A stretch of 64,000 nucleotides of DNA from Hydrocarboniphaga daqingensis (lineage in GTDB: Bacteria > Bacteroidota > Bacteroidia > B-17B0 > Aurantibacillaceae), in the NCBI GenBank assembly GCA_943362175.1, contig CALRIU020000004.1:120321-184320 (forward strand). Reading direction: 5' to 3'. A program made the position numbers and the translations under genes. Each line of letters begins with the position of its first letter. Position 1 is the first letter of the stretch. Below are positions 27,185 to 36,431 of the stretch, one piece after another. Below the pieces are notes generated by a model. The model saw nothing but the letters and a program-made list of their open reading frames with translations. It was not told where the DNA came from and searched no databases.

Positions 27185-27883
27185 ATGCAAAAACAGGTGC
27201 TCATTCTTTTTCTTTGTCTTGGTTTTTCCTCCCGGTTGCCGGCACAGGCCAGAGAACGCGATGCCGTCGGCTGGTTTTCACTGACAGTCAGGCAAAAAAT
27301 AAATAAGCACTTTTCATACAGGATCATCGGACGGGTCAGGGACGGAGAAAATTTTACCTCCGTGAGATCCTGGTACCTCGATGGAGGCCTGTATTATCAG
27401 CTTGCTAAAAACTTCTCTATGTCGGCCAATTATGTCTATGCACCTGCACGGGATAAAGACCGGTATTTCAGAACCTATCATCAGTACTATCTGTCTGCCA
27501 ATAATAAATTCAAGTTCAATACACACTGGTATTTCAGTAACCGTGTGATCTTCCAGTACACGTCCGGTTTTTTCCTGGTGGACGAAGGCTATAAGCCGTA
27601 CGCCCGGACCGACCTGCGTGAGAAGCTGATGCTGAACCGGAGGCTCACCCGCGCCGACAGGGTTTATATGGGCGATGAAGTGATGACGACTTTATTTACA
27701 GGAAACACAGGCCTCAGAAGGAACCGATTTTATGCCGGTGTGAATCATAAGTTCACGACACAGTTTAGCGCAGATGTCTTTTTTGTAGTACAGTCGACCT
27801 ACCTCCGGAAAATAAACAGCGATCAGTTTATTTATGGGCTGACCCTTAATTACAGGTTCAGGAAAATGATGGATGACGATTAA
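27185..27883 (+). CDS. Putative outer-membrane beta-barrel protein (DUF2490-like)
   Basis: Signal peptide MQKQVLILFLCLGFSSRLPAQ followed by an alternating aromatic/polar strand pattern, ending ...LTLNYRF. The family call is from recollection only. Confidence 0.5.
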   Translation: MQKQVLILFLCLGFSSRLPAQARERDAVGWFSLTVRQKINKHFSYRIIGRVRDGENFTSVRSWYLDGGLYYQLAKNFSMSANYVYAPARDKDRYFRTYHQYYLSANNKFKFNTHWYFSNRVIFQYTSGFFLVDEGYKPYARTDLREKLMLNRRLTRADRVYMGDEVMTTLFTGNTGLRRNRFYAGVNHKFTTQFSADVFFVVQSTYLRKINSDQFIYGLTLNYRFRKMMDDD

Positions 27884-29241
27884 TGCCCGGGAAAACCAAG
27901 CGTGAAAATATTCATATTTCCTTTGGAAGAGTAGGTGATCCGGGCCTGGTGAAGCGTGATGATCTTATTGATAAGCACCAGCCCCAGTCCGAAGCCTCTG
28001 TGCTCTTTGCTGTTCTCACCCCTGAAAAAATGCTGGAAGAGAAATTGCTTTTCGTGGTCCCGGATGATCTCACCTGAATTGACAGCATCCAGGCAGAGCT
28101 CGTGGTCTTTAACATAGATCCTGAATTTTGCTTTTTGGTTGTCGCTGTAGCGAATGCAATTGGCAGCTAAATTCATAACCGCCAGGCGCAGCAGCCTCTG
28201 GTTTCCTTTGATGGAAAGCAGCTCCTCGGAAACGATGCTCTCATCCAGCTCAACCTCAAAGCTGAACTCCTCGTGCAGACGTTTCACTTCATCCAGCACC
28301 TCAAACACAAGGTCGTCGAGCCTCACCTGTTGAATTTCCAGCTTGTTGCCCGTTTCTACCTTCGAGATCTCCAGCAGGGCATTGATGATGTCGCTCAGGG
28401 TTTTGGTATCTTCTTTCTGGTTCCGGATCATGGCTTGGAGAAGCTCCGTGTTTTTCTCCGTTTCCATTTTTTCGAAGTTGGAAACCAATATGGCAATCGG
28501 TGTTTTCAGTTCATGCGAAATATGGTGTATGGCATGCTTCTGAAAAGAGAAGGCATCGTTCAGACGCTTCATCAGCTCATTGAAGCGGGAAGCAAGCACG
28601 TGGATCTCGTCTTTGCTGTCGGGCACGGTGATCAGGCTGTTCTGCGAGTCAAGGTTGATCTTTTTCAGCTCTCCCGCCATTAAATTAATGGGTTGCGTAA
28701 TCTGCTTGGAAATGAGGTACGATGTTATCAGGATTACCGACGAGAAAATGATGAAGATGATGATGAACACCGATTTGAGGTATACTAATTTGTCGAGGCC
28801 GAATTCATCATAAGCCTTGGCTATCCCGTAATAGTTGCGGTTTCCGAACTGGAAGCAAACACCCACCAGGTCGAAATTATCCTCCGTGGTTTCGATGAGC
28901 GGATTATGCGGGCTCAGGTCATTTAAGATGGATTTTTCATATTTGATCTTCGTGTCATCCACGCTGCTATAGATGAGTTTCTTACTGCTGTCGAAAATGA
29001 GGATTTTTTCCTTATACAGGTTGTTGATGGTGTACTCATCCATGGTCTGCAATAAGTTATGGTCGATCTGCTCGATCTCCACCAGGAACTTCACCGTCGT
29101 GATGGTTTTATCCTTGATCCGCTGCTGGAACTCCTGTGTCCTGTAATTGGAGAAGAGCGAGTAAATGATGATAAAAGCAATACCGACAATGCCGATGGAC
29201 AAGGTAGAGAAATAGAGAAGTATCTTGCTGCGGATGGTCAT
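27880..29241 (-). CDS. Sensor histidine kinase (2 TM, periplasmic sensor, HisKA + HATPase_c)
   Basis: 453 aa with the H-box ISHELKTPIA, N-box LAVMNLAANCIRYS and G-boxes FFRGENS..GFGLGLVLI. Confidence 0.88.
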   Translation of the reverse strand: MTIRSKILLYFSTLSIGIVGIAFIIIYSLFSNYRTQEFQQRIKDKTITTVKFLVEIEQIDHNLLQTMDEYTINNLYKEKILIFDSSKKLIYSSVDDTKIKYEKSILNDLSPHNPLIETTEDNFDLVGVCFQFGNRNYYGIAKAYDEFGLDKLVYLKSVFIIIFIIFSSVILITSYLISKQITQPINLMAGELKKINLDSQNSLITVPDSKDEIHVLASRFNELMKRLNDAFSFQKHAIHHISHELKTPIAILVSNFEKMETEKNTELLQAMIRNQKEDTKTLSDIINALLEISKVETGNKLEIQQVRLDDLVFEVLDEVKRLHEEFSFEVELDESIVSEELLSIKGNQRLLRLAVMNLAANCIRYSDNQKAKFRIYVKDHELCLDAVNSGEIIRDHEKQFLFQHFFRGENSKEHRGFGLGLVLINKIITLHQARITYSSKGNMNIFTLGFPGH

Positions 29242-29260
29242 GCGTTCAACGGGGATGCGG

Positions 29261-29941
29261 TCAGATATTCAGGTAATAGCCGTAGCCGATCTTGGTCTTG
29301 ATGAGCTGTTTCTCAAAAGGCTTATCGATTTTCTTTCTTAAAAAATTGATATACACTTCAATCGTATTGGTATTAGCGTCGAAGGAGCCACCCCAGATCT
29401 CACGGACCAGCTCCTGCTTGTCAACCAGCTCTCCTTTGGCCAGCGCGAGCTTCAGCAGGATCTGGTATTCGCGTGGGGTGAGGATAATCTCCACATCACT
29501 GCGTTTTACGGTTTTGGTCCGTTGGTTGATCACCATATCTTCCACCGAAATCACTTCGGTATTGCCCTGCGTAACGGTGCTGCTGTTTCTTTTAATCAGG
29601 GCCATCACGCGCATGGCCAGCTCTTTCATGTAAAACGGTTTGGTGAGGTAATCGTCGGCGCCGCAGTCATAGCCCTTTACCTTATCCTCCAGCTCGTCGA
29701 AAGCCGTGAGCATCAGCACCGGTGTCGAATGATTATAGGTTCTGAATTCCCGGCATAGCTCATAACCGTTCTTATAAGGCAGGTTTACATCCAGGATCAC
29801 GCAGTCGAAGCGGTTTTTTTTCATGAGCTTTTCGGCGATCTGCCCGTCAAATACCACTTCCACATCAAAGGATTCCTGTTGCAGGTATTCTTTGATGTTT
29901 TTGTTCAGTGTAGCGTCGTCTTCAACCAATAGAATATTCAT
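29261..29941 (-). CDS. OmpR/PhoB-family response regulator
   Basis: The start is taken at MNILLVEDD (complement of 29939-29941). Has a receiver domain (DCVILDVNLP, LMLTA) and a winged-helix output (LTPREYQILLKLA..., IKTKIGYGYYL). Confidence 0.9.
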   Translation of the reverse strand: MNILLVEDDATLNKNIKEYLQQESFDVEVVFDGQIAEKLMKKNRFDCVILDVNLPYKNGYELCREFRTYNHSTPVLMLTAFDELEDKVKGYDCGADDYLTKPFYMKELAMRVMALIKRNSSTVTQGNTEVISVEDMVINQRTKTVKRSDVEIILTPREYQILLKLALAKGELVDKQELVREIWGGSFDANTNTIEVYINFLRKKIDKPFEKQLIKTKIGYGYYLNI

Positions 29942-30113
29942 GAGCGTAAAAGGCGTTTGGTAGGACGAAGTTAGATGTTTTTTCCGGCTTTCATTTTCAT
30001 CGTTAACAATTTTCAGGAAAAGCTGTCGGCTAAAGACTATCTGTAAATAATAATTGCGCGATACCGATAGCATATCGCGATAAGATTTAACTTAGCGCCG
30101 AAATAGAAGTGCT

Positions 30114-31055
30114 ATGAGAATTATTTTTATGGGAACGCCCGAGTTTGCCGTAGCAAGCCTGGATATATTAGTGCAACATGGGTACGACATCGCGGCGGTG
30201 ATTACGGTGCCCGATAAGCCCGCCGGAAGAGGGCAGCAGTTGCAGCAGTCGGCGGTGAAGACCTATGCGCTGAGCAAAGGATTGAAGGTGATGCAGCCTG
30301 AAAAGCTGAAAGACGATCACTTCCTGGAAGAGCTCAGGGATTTAAAAGCCGATCTGCAAATTGTGGTGGCCTTCCGCATGCTGCCCGAGGTGGTGTGGAA
30401 TATGCCGCCATTAGGAACCTATAACCTGCACGGCTCCTTATTGCCAAAATACCGTGGCGCAGCGCCCATCAACTGGGCCATCATCAACGGCGAAACGGAG
30501 AGTGGCGTTACCAGCTTCAAGCTGAAGCATGAAATTGATACAGGGAACATGTTGTTCCAGGAAAGAATTCCGATCGGCAAAACCACCACGGCCGGCGAGC
30601 TTCACGACCAGCTCATGCAGCTTGGCGCGGAAGTGATCCTGAAAACCGTGCAGGCTATTGAATCCAATCACTATGAGCTGAAGCCACAGGACGATTCGCA
30701 GAGCGTTCATGCGCCAAAGCTGTTCAAGGAAACGGCAAAGATCAACTGGAACGAGCCGGCAGAAAAAATTTACAACCTCATTCGCGGCCTTTCGCCTTAT
30801 CCTGCAGCCTATACCGCCTTTACGGATAAGAACGGGAATGTCCTTACCGTTAAGATCTACCGCGGTGAAGCGGAAGAAGCAAGCCATACGCATGAGCCGG
30901 GTACAGTAATTACCGATCATAAACACCTGGTGAAAGTAGCCTGCGGCAATGGCTTCATTCGCATCACCGAATTACAGATGGCCGGAAAAAAACGGATGTC
31001 GGTAGAGGAATTTTTGAGAGGCTTCCGGATCACGCCCGAATTCCGGTTCTCATAA
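30114..31055 (+). CDS. fmt: Methionyl-tRNA formyltransferase
   Basis: 313 aa with MRIIFMGTPEFAV, NLHGSLLPKYRGAAPINWAIING and TGVT. Confidence 0.93.
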   Translation: MRIIFMGTPEFAVASLDILVQHGYDIAAVITVPDKPAGRGQQLQQSAVKTYALSKGLKVMQPEKLKDDHFLEELRDLKADLQIVVAFRMLPEVVWNMPPLGTYNLHGSLLPKYRGAAPINWAIINGETESGVTSFKLKHEIDTGNMLFQERIPIGKTTTAGELHDQLMQLGAEVILKTVQAIESNHYELKPQDDSQSVHAPKLFKETAKINWNEPAEKIYNLIRGLSPYPAAYTAFTDKNGNVLTVKIYRGEAEEASHTHEPGTVITDHKHLVKVACGNGFIRITELQMAGKKRMSVEEFLRGFRITPEFRFS

Positions 31056-31103
31056 TGGCGCAAAAGGTTACTTTTTACCACAGCAGGTATAAAGAAGAAA
31101 ACG

Positions 31104-32228
31104 ATGAGAAGAACAGACATCTTACTTTCACCGGGGTTCCTGCTGGGTCTGCTTGTGTTGCTCGCAAACGATTTTTTCTTTAAATACCAGTTCCATAATG
31201 CCTTTACCGGTAAGCTGTCCGACATAGCCGGCCTGTTTATTTTCCCTTTGTTTATTGCGGCGGTTCTGCGTTCTCAGTCCAGATGGATCTTTGTTGGTGT
31301 TGCTGTTTTCTTTATCTATTGGAAATCCCCTCTCAGTAATGGATTACTGGAGCTGATGTCTTATACGACTGGTCTGCACTTCGGAAGGGTAGTGGATTAC
31401 ACCGATCTGTTATGTCTTCCCGTACTCGTTCTTTCGTACCAGTATCTCAAAAGCGATTATGCGCAGTTACAATTTTCACGTGTGCTGATGATGATTGTGA
31501 GCGCTTTTGCATTTATGGCAACATCGCAAAGAAAGCCCATATCATACAAGGAGCGCGACTTGCGGCAACAGGGCTATCAGGTCGCTGCCTCCAAAACAGG
31601 ACCTCTGCTTACATCAAACAGAATGCAATTTTGTCTTTCGGATGCCGGCCGCTTCCTGACTTATGATAACTATGGTGATACGATGCTTGTCTTTTTGAAG
31701 AAAGATAGTGCAGACCAGGCACCCCTCGTATTCGAGTTCTGTCATCTGAAAAACGGAGATGCCCGACTGATCAAGCTGTTTGCGAAGGGAGTAGCTCCCG
31801 ATGAGCATAGGATGTTCGGCCTGCTGAATGACGAAATTACCAGGTGCCAGCAGGTTTTAGAAAAGGAGCAGGCTCTTCAGGCAAAAGTGAGTATGCTTCT
31901 GAAGCTTGTTGCAAAGTACCAACGCGACCGCGCTGATAACAGAGAACTCTTTTTGATGGACACGCTGTTGAAATACGCTACGCCGCAGATGATCAGCGAG
32001 CACCAGCTTTATGAATTGAAGGCGGATATCCTGATTGCCCATTATGATGGTGCGTATAAAAAAAATATTCTTGAGCTGCTGAATCAGCAGGATACGCTGG
32101 ATAGCCGCTATGGGCGCTCCGCTTACTCGGTAAACCGCTATGCCAAACGACTCGATTTTTACGATTTGGTGAAAAAAGACAGCCTGAAAAAAGCAGGGCC
32201 TGAACACCGGAAATCTCCCCTGCGTTAA
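31104..32228 (+). CDS. Hypothetical membrane protein (about 4 N-terminal TM helices plus a helical cytoplasmic domain)
   Basis: 374-aa ORF with a hydrophobic N-terminal ~140 aa. No recognisable family. Confidence 0.55.
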   Translation: MRRTDILLSPGFLLGLLVLLANDFFFKYQFHNAFTGKLSDIAGLFIFPLFIAAVLRSQSRWIFVGVAVFFIYWKSPLSNGLLELMSYTTGLHFGRVVDYTDLLCLPVLVLSYQYLKSDYAQLQFSRVLMMIVSAFAFMATSQRKPISYKERDLRQQGYQVAASKTGPLLTSNRMQFCLSDAGRFLTYDNYGDTMLVFLKKDSADQAPLVFEFCHLKNGDARLIKLFAKGVAPDEHRMFGLLNDEITRCQQVLEKEQALQAKVSMLLKLVAKYQRDRADNRELFLMDTLLKYATPQMISEHQLYELKADILIAHYDGAYKKNILELLNQQDTLDSRYGRSAYSVNRYAKRLDFYDLVKKDSLKKAGPEHRKSPLR

Positions 32229-32402
32229 TCCTGTATCTGCCATATCCAATAGCCTTCAACCTGCCTTAAGGCTGTAAGGCATACGTAGAAGCATTATGGC
32301 ACACCGGGTGCCTGTAAACCCTTATTAGGGGGGCGATACAGCCGGACTTATTAACAAAAGGCTTATTTATAAACAAATTCCCGGTTTTTTTTCTGAAAAC
32401 AC

Positions 32403-32432
32403 TTGACAAATACGGATTAGAATATACATTTG
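32403..32432 (+). promoter_or_regulatory. Bacteroidota sigma-A type promoter for the HU gene
   Basis: TTG (32403-32405), a 19-nt spacer, then TACATTTG (32425-32432). This matches the TTG-N19-TAnnTTTG consensus and lies about 47 nt upstream of ATG 32479. Confidence 0.55.
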
Positions 32433-32478
32433 TCTTGTTAATTAATTTAAAAAGTTTAACCCTTAAAAACAAAACAAA

Positions 32479-32760
32479 ATGAACAAAGCAGAATTAATCG
32501 AAGCAATTGCAAACGGAGCAAAATTAACTAAAGCTGACGCTGGTCGTGCATTAGATGCTACTATCGAAGCAGTATCAAAAGGATTAAAAAAAGGTGACCG
32601 CATCTCTTTAGTAGGTTTCGGTTCTTTTTCAGTTTCTAAACGTGCTGCTCGTGTAGGTCGTAACCCTCAAACTGGTAAAGAAATTAAAATCGCTGCTAAA
32701 AAAGTAGTGAAATTTAAAGCTGGTACTGAGTTAGCTGGTAACGTTAACAAAGGAAAATAA
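32479..32760 (+). CDS. hup: HU-family DNA-binding protein
   Basis: 93 aa, [11 protein letters not shown]...[39 protein letters not shown]. Confidence 0.93.
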   Translation: MNKAELIEAIANGAKLTKADAGRALDATIEAVSKGLKKGDRISLVGFGSFSVSKRAARVGRNPQTGKEIKIAAKKVVKFKAGTELAGNVNKGK

Positions 32761-32780
32761 TCAGATTACTGATTACAAAT

Positions 32781-32817
32781 AAAAACCCTGTCGCATAACG
32801 TGACAGGGTTTTTTTAT
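32781..32817 (+). terminator. Rho-independent terminator after the HU gene
   Basis: Reads AAAAA-CCCTGTC-(9 nt)-GACAGGG-TTTTTTT. Confidence 0.75.
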
Positions 32818-32984
32818 GGATGAGACCGGTTCGTATTGCTCCCGCAGGCAGGCGAGGAGGGAGGCGCAAACATAGCTGCCCGGATTAATCCCGTCTTTTC
32901 TGCAGCATCTCATTACACGCTATCTGATATATTTCCGGGTCTTACTATTGGGATTCATACCATTTAATTGTACTTTTATGCAAG

Positions 32985-33908
32985 ATGATCGACAGGCAAA
33001 AGATAGAACCCTTCTCCAGGCTTGAGCTCCTTGCCAAACAGGTAGTCGAGGGCTTTATCACAGGCCTTCACCGGAGCCCTTTCCATGGCTTCTCCGTTGA
33101 GTTTGCCGAGCACCGCATCTACAATAACGGCGAAAGCACCAGGCACATCGACTGGAAATTATTTGCCAAAACCGATAAGCTCTTTGTCAAGCGCTATGAG
33201 GAGGAAACCAACCTGCGTTGCCAGATTGTGATCGATTCCTCGCAGTCGATGCTTTTTCCGCTCGAAAGGCCGAAAGACACATACAACAAATTATCCTTTT
33301 CCGTATATGCGGCGGCGGCCCTCATCGAGCTCCTCAAAGGACAGAGAGATGCCGTAGGCCTTACCTTATTCGATGCCGATATCTATAAGCATTATCCGGC
33401 CAGGAGCAACCCTACGCAGCAGAAACTCATCTATCACGAGCTGGAAGAGCTCCTGTCAAAAACGGAGATCAGCGAAAGCAGCTCTACCCAATCGGCCAGG
33501 GCGCTCGATCAGGTAGCGGAGATCATTCACACGCGCTCGCTGGTGGTGATCTTCAGCGATATGTTCGAGGATGAAACACACCTGGAAGCTATTTTTGCCT
33601 CGCTGCAGCACCTCAAATACAAAAAGCACGATGTGGTGTTGTTTCATGTGACCGATAAAAGCCAGGAATTGGATTTCGATTTTGAAAACCGTCCCTATCA
33701 TTTCATCGACATGGAAACGCGTGAAGAGATCAAGCTCAACCCCAATCAGATCAAAGAGACTTACATCCGTAAAGTGAACGAATACACAGAAGCGATTAAA
33801 TTGAAATGCGGGCAGTATAAGATCGATTTCGTAGAAGCGGATATCAACCAGGGCTTCGACCTCGTGCTGCAAACCTACCTCGTGAAACGGGCCTCTATGC
33901 TCAGGTAA
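32985..33908 (+). CDS. DUF58 domain protein (VWA-like, MoxR-associated family), orphan copy
   Basis: 307 aa. GLHRSPFHGFSVEFAEHRIYNNGESTRHIDWKLFAKTDKLFVKRYEEETNL is the DUF58 signature. It is a paralogue of 47709-48575. Confidence 0.85.
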   Translation: MIDRQKIEPFSRLELLAKQVVEGFITGLHRSPFHGFSVEFAEHRIYNNGESTRHIDWKLFAKTDKLFVKRYEEETNLRCQIVIDSSQSMLFPLERPKDTYNKLSFSVYAAAALIELLKGQRDAVGLTLFDADIYKHYPARSNPTQQKLIYHELEELLSKTEISESSSTQSARALDQVAEIIHTRSLVVIFSDMFEDETHLEAIFASLQHLKYKKHDVVLFHVTDKSQELDFDFENRPYHFIDMETREEIKLNPNQIKETYIRKVNEYTEAIKLKCGQYKIDFVEADINQGFDLVLQTYLVKRASMLR

Positions 33909-34005
33909 GACTAAACCCGCTCATGATCGCGGCGCAGCAATCTCCCTTTTAACGATACATCCCGAACTTTGAATTAATCCTGCGTGAGTGATTGAAGCAG
34001 AAATC

Positions 34006-34096
34006 CTTTTGCCGGGCACTGAGCTGTCGCTCTGAGCGGAGTCGAAGGGCAGCGAAGTGCGGGGCAAAAGATTGCAGTGAAAAGCACGACTCCGCT
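34006..34096. repeat. Nested hairpin element carrying the TGAGCGGAGTCGAA core
   Basis: The outer arms are CTTTTGCCGGGCAC (34006-34019) and GTGCGGGGCAAAAG (34057-34070), pairing 12 of 14. They enclose the core at 34033-34046. AGCGGAGTCG (34036-34045) is also complementary to CGACTCCGCT (34087-34096). Confidence 0.55.
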
Positions 34097-34250
34097 GTCT
34101 CTTTGCGGAGGCACGCCCACATTTTAAATAATTGCAGGCCATCTCATAGTTATAGGATAAATGGGTTTTCTTCCGACGGCAGTGACTGTCGTCGGATAAA
34201 TATTGTTCAGCGCGGTGATACCGGATTTGGAATAACGTCAATGGTCAAAT

Positions 34251-34279
34251 AAAAAAAGCCGCATCGAGCGGCTCTTTTC
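34251..34279. terminator. Bidirectional terminator between DUF58 (+) and the metalloprotease (-)
   Basis: Reads AAAAAAAGCCGC-atcga-GCGGCTCTTTTC, about 25 nt from the minus-strand stop at 34302. Confidence 0.65.
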
Positions 34280-34301
34280 AGTTTAAATAAAATACCTTTG
34301 T

Positions 34302-36263
34302 TTACAGCTTCACCACGCGTGTTACCGAGCGCTGCTGGCCGTCTGTCACCTCGATCATATAAGAGCCGTTGGCAAGATGCGATAAATCGAACGACTCAGA
34401 ATAATTATTCCTGATCTTGAGTTTCTCCGTTTTGACAATATTCCCCAACACATCGTATACTTTCAGTGAGGTGTTTTCAGGGTTCAGGTTTGTTTCACCG
34501 GCAATCTCCACTTTGATCTGTCCTGAGAAAGGGTTCGGGTAAAAGCTGATGCTGAAATTATCACTGGTGTATTGTTTCACGCCGACGTCATTGGGAGTGA
34601 TGGTGACCTGTGTCGTAGCAGTACATACGCCGCCGCCGCCCATTTTATTGTCGCGCACCGTGAGCCTGAATTTTAACACCTGTGCCGTGGTAGGCATGTA
34701 TTCGCCCCTTGTACCTTGCAGGTTTCCGGAGGCGATTACCGCAGCGCTCGGGAAGGAGCGGCTTGGCGACGTTACCGGTGCATAGGATCTGAAGAAGGGT
34801 TTACCGCCGCTGTTCCAGTTTCCGCCGGAGCCGCTTCCCGGATCTATTTCTTCCCATTGATACGTTAAGGCATCGCCGTCAGGATCGGTTGCAGAGCCGG
34901 TGAGCGTGAAAGGCGTATTGGCAGGGCTGGTAAGTGTTGGCGTTACGGTAACTACCGGAGGATTGTTGCCTGTGGTGCTGGTTGCCGCGCAGGCGTTGCC
35001 GGAGCCGTTGATGAAATTGGTGATCTCGTCGTAGCTCACTCCATGAAAATAAGCAATGCTATGAGCAGCAAGGTCGTTGGTGGTTCCACAGATGCCTGCA
35101 TAAGCCATAATGGTAACGCCACTTCCGGGTTCAACGGAGGTAGAGGCATTTCTGTTTCCTGAGCAGGAGCCTGCGCCGGAGTTGGCGTTGAAAGTATGGT
35201 TGCCTCCAAACTGGTGCCCCATCTCATGCGCCACATAGTCAATATCGTAAGGATCGCCTACCGGGTTCGGGCTTCCGGTAATGCCGCTGGCTTTGTTATT
35301 GGTGCTGCATACACAGCGCAGGTTGGCCAGGCCGCCACCGCCTGTACTGAAAGTATGGCCGATATCGAAGTTAGCGCTTCCCACTTGCGATGTGATCAGG
35401 GATTGACTTTTGCTGATGAGTGAAAACGAGCTGTTGTTCTCTGCAGTAGTATAGCCTGTGCCCGGAGTCGTATACAATACCAGGGTGGTGGTAGGCACGA
35501 GCTCTAAGCGCACGGCAACTTCCGTTTCATAAACACCATCCACGCGGTTCACGGTTGTCACCACTTTGGCAAGAGTTTGAGCAACCGTTGGAGAGGAATT
35601 TCCGGTGGCCGCGATGGCATATTCGCCGGTACAGCCTACCGCCAGACGGTAAGTTCTCAGCGTGCCACCCGCGCATACTGCCATTGGAGAAGCCACACGC
35701 TGGGCCGACCCCTGGTCTTCATCATTCACAATCAGGCCGGCTTCCGGTAATTTGAACATGGCCGGTTTATTAAAATCGGCCGTATAATAAGAAATATAAT
35801 CATTCAGGTTATTCTTGCAGTACGGATCGATGTACGAATCGCCGTAGGGGCTTCTGATCATTCCGTGAAAGCCATATTCCGTAAGGTCGAGCTTACCGCT
35901 GGCATAAGGATCGTCGATCCCATGCACGCTATAGGTTCTGATATCGGGGTAGCTGGATTGAAGCGCAGGTGCCATCACCGGCGACTCCACCAGGTGAAAT
36001 CTCTGGAGGCTTCCGTCAGGAAGAGGCAGGAGAATAATAGCAGATGAATTTTTAATCAGGACAGTCTTATCGGAAGGTGCCTGGCCGAGGATACTTTTGA
36101 GGCCGGCCATGTCGAGGTGATAGGTTTTGTATTTGTCAGGAACGATCTCCCTTTTTCCGTTGACGCTGATGACGTTTTCGTCAATGGCCGACCAGATGGG
36201 CGATTGAGCGTTCATGGAAGCCGTGCCAAGCAGCAGTAGGGAAAGACTTAATGTTTTTTTCAT
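34302..36263 (-). CDS. Reprolysin-like (M12B/metzincin) zinc metalloprotease with T9SS C-terminal sorting domain
   Basis: 653 aa with a signal peptide and the zinc site HEMGHQFGGNH (HExxHxxGxxH). The C-terminus is FYPNPFSGQIKVEI...YDVLGNIV...LANGSYMIEV. Confidence 0.87.
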   Translation of the reverse strand: MKKTLSLSLLLLGTASMNAQSPIWSAIDENVISVNGKREIVPDKYKTYHLDMAGLKSILGQAPSDKTVLIKNSSAIILLPLPDGSLQRFHLVESPVMAPALQSSYPDIRTYSVHGIDDPYASGKLDLTEYGFHGMIRSPYGDSYIDPYCKNNLNDYISYYTADFNKPAMFKLPEAGLIVNDEDQGSAQRVASPMAVCAGGTLRTYRLAVGCTGEYAIAATGNSSPTVAQTLAKVVTTVNRVDGVYETEVAVRLELVPTTTLVLYTTPGTGYTTAENNSSFSLISKSQSLITSQVGSANFDIGHTFSTGGGGLANLRCVCSTNNKASGITGSPNPVGDPYDIDYVAHEMGHQFGGNHTFNANSGAGSCSGNRNASTSVEPGSGVTIMAYAGICGTTNDLAAHSIAYFHGVSYDEITNFINGSGNACAATSTTGNNPPVVTVTPTLTSPANTPFTLTGSATDPDGDALTYQWEEIDPGSGSGGNWNSGGKPFFRSYAPVTSPSRSFPSAAVIASGNLQGTRGEYMPTTAQVLKFRLTVRDNKMGGGGVCTATTQVTITPNDVGVKQYTSDNFSISFYPNPFSGQIKVEIAGETNLNPENTSLKVYDVLGNIVKTEKLKIRNNYSESFDLSHLANGSYMIEVTDGQQRSVTRVVKL

Positions 36264-36431
36264 GGTGGGGATATGTTAGGATGATATTGGTTTTACTAAT
36301 TTAAAAAACTAAATCGAAAAAGCAAATTTTGCTTTTTTAACATAGTATGGGGCCGGAGCAATGTTAATAAAAGATTTTCTTAATTTTTTGTAGTAAATTT
36401 GTAAGTATAAAATTTTAAAAACCTCCAACTC

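Noticed and set aside
29942-30073. 44-codon N-terminal extension of the OmpR-type response regulator in the ORF track
   Set aside because: The receiver domain begins at MNILLVEDD, as in the family. The extension has no counterpart and would remove the space for a promoter or RBS.
36317-36337. AAAAAGCAAA-t-TTTGCTTTTT palindrome as a terminator
   Set aside because: It lies between two divergently transcribed genes, so nothing needs terminating there. The stem is almost entirely A/T. It is noted only as a possible operator or UP-like element.
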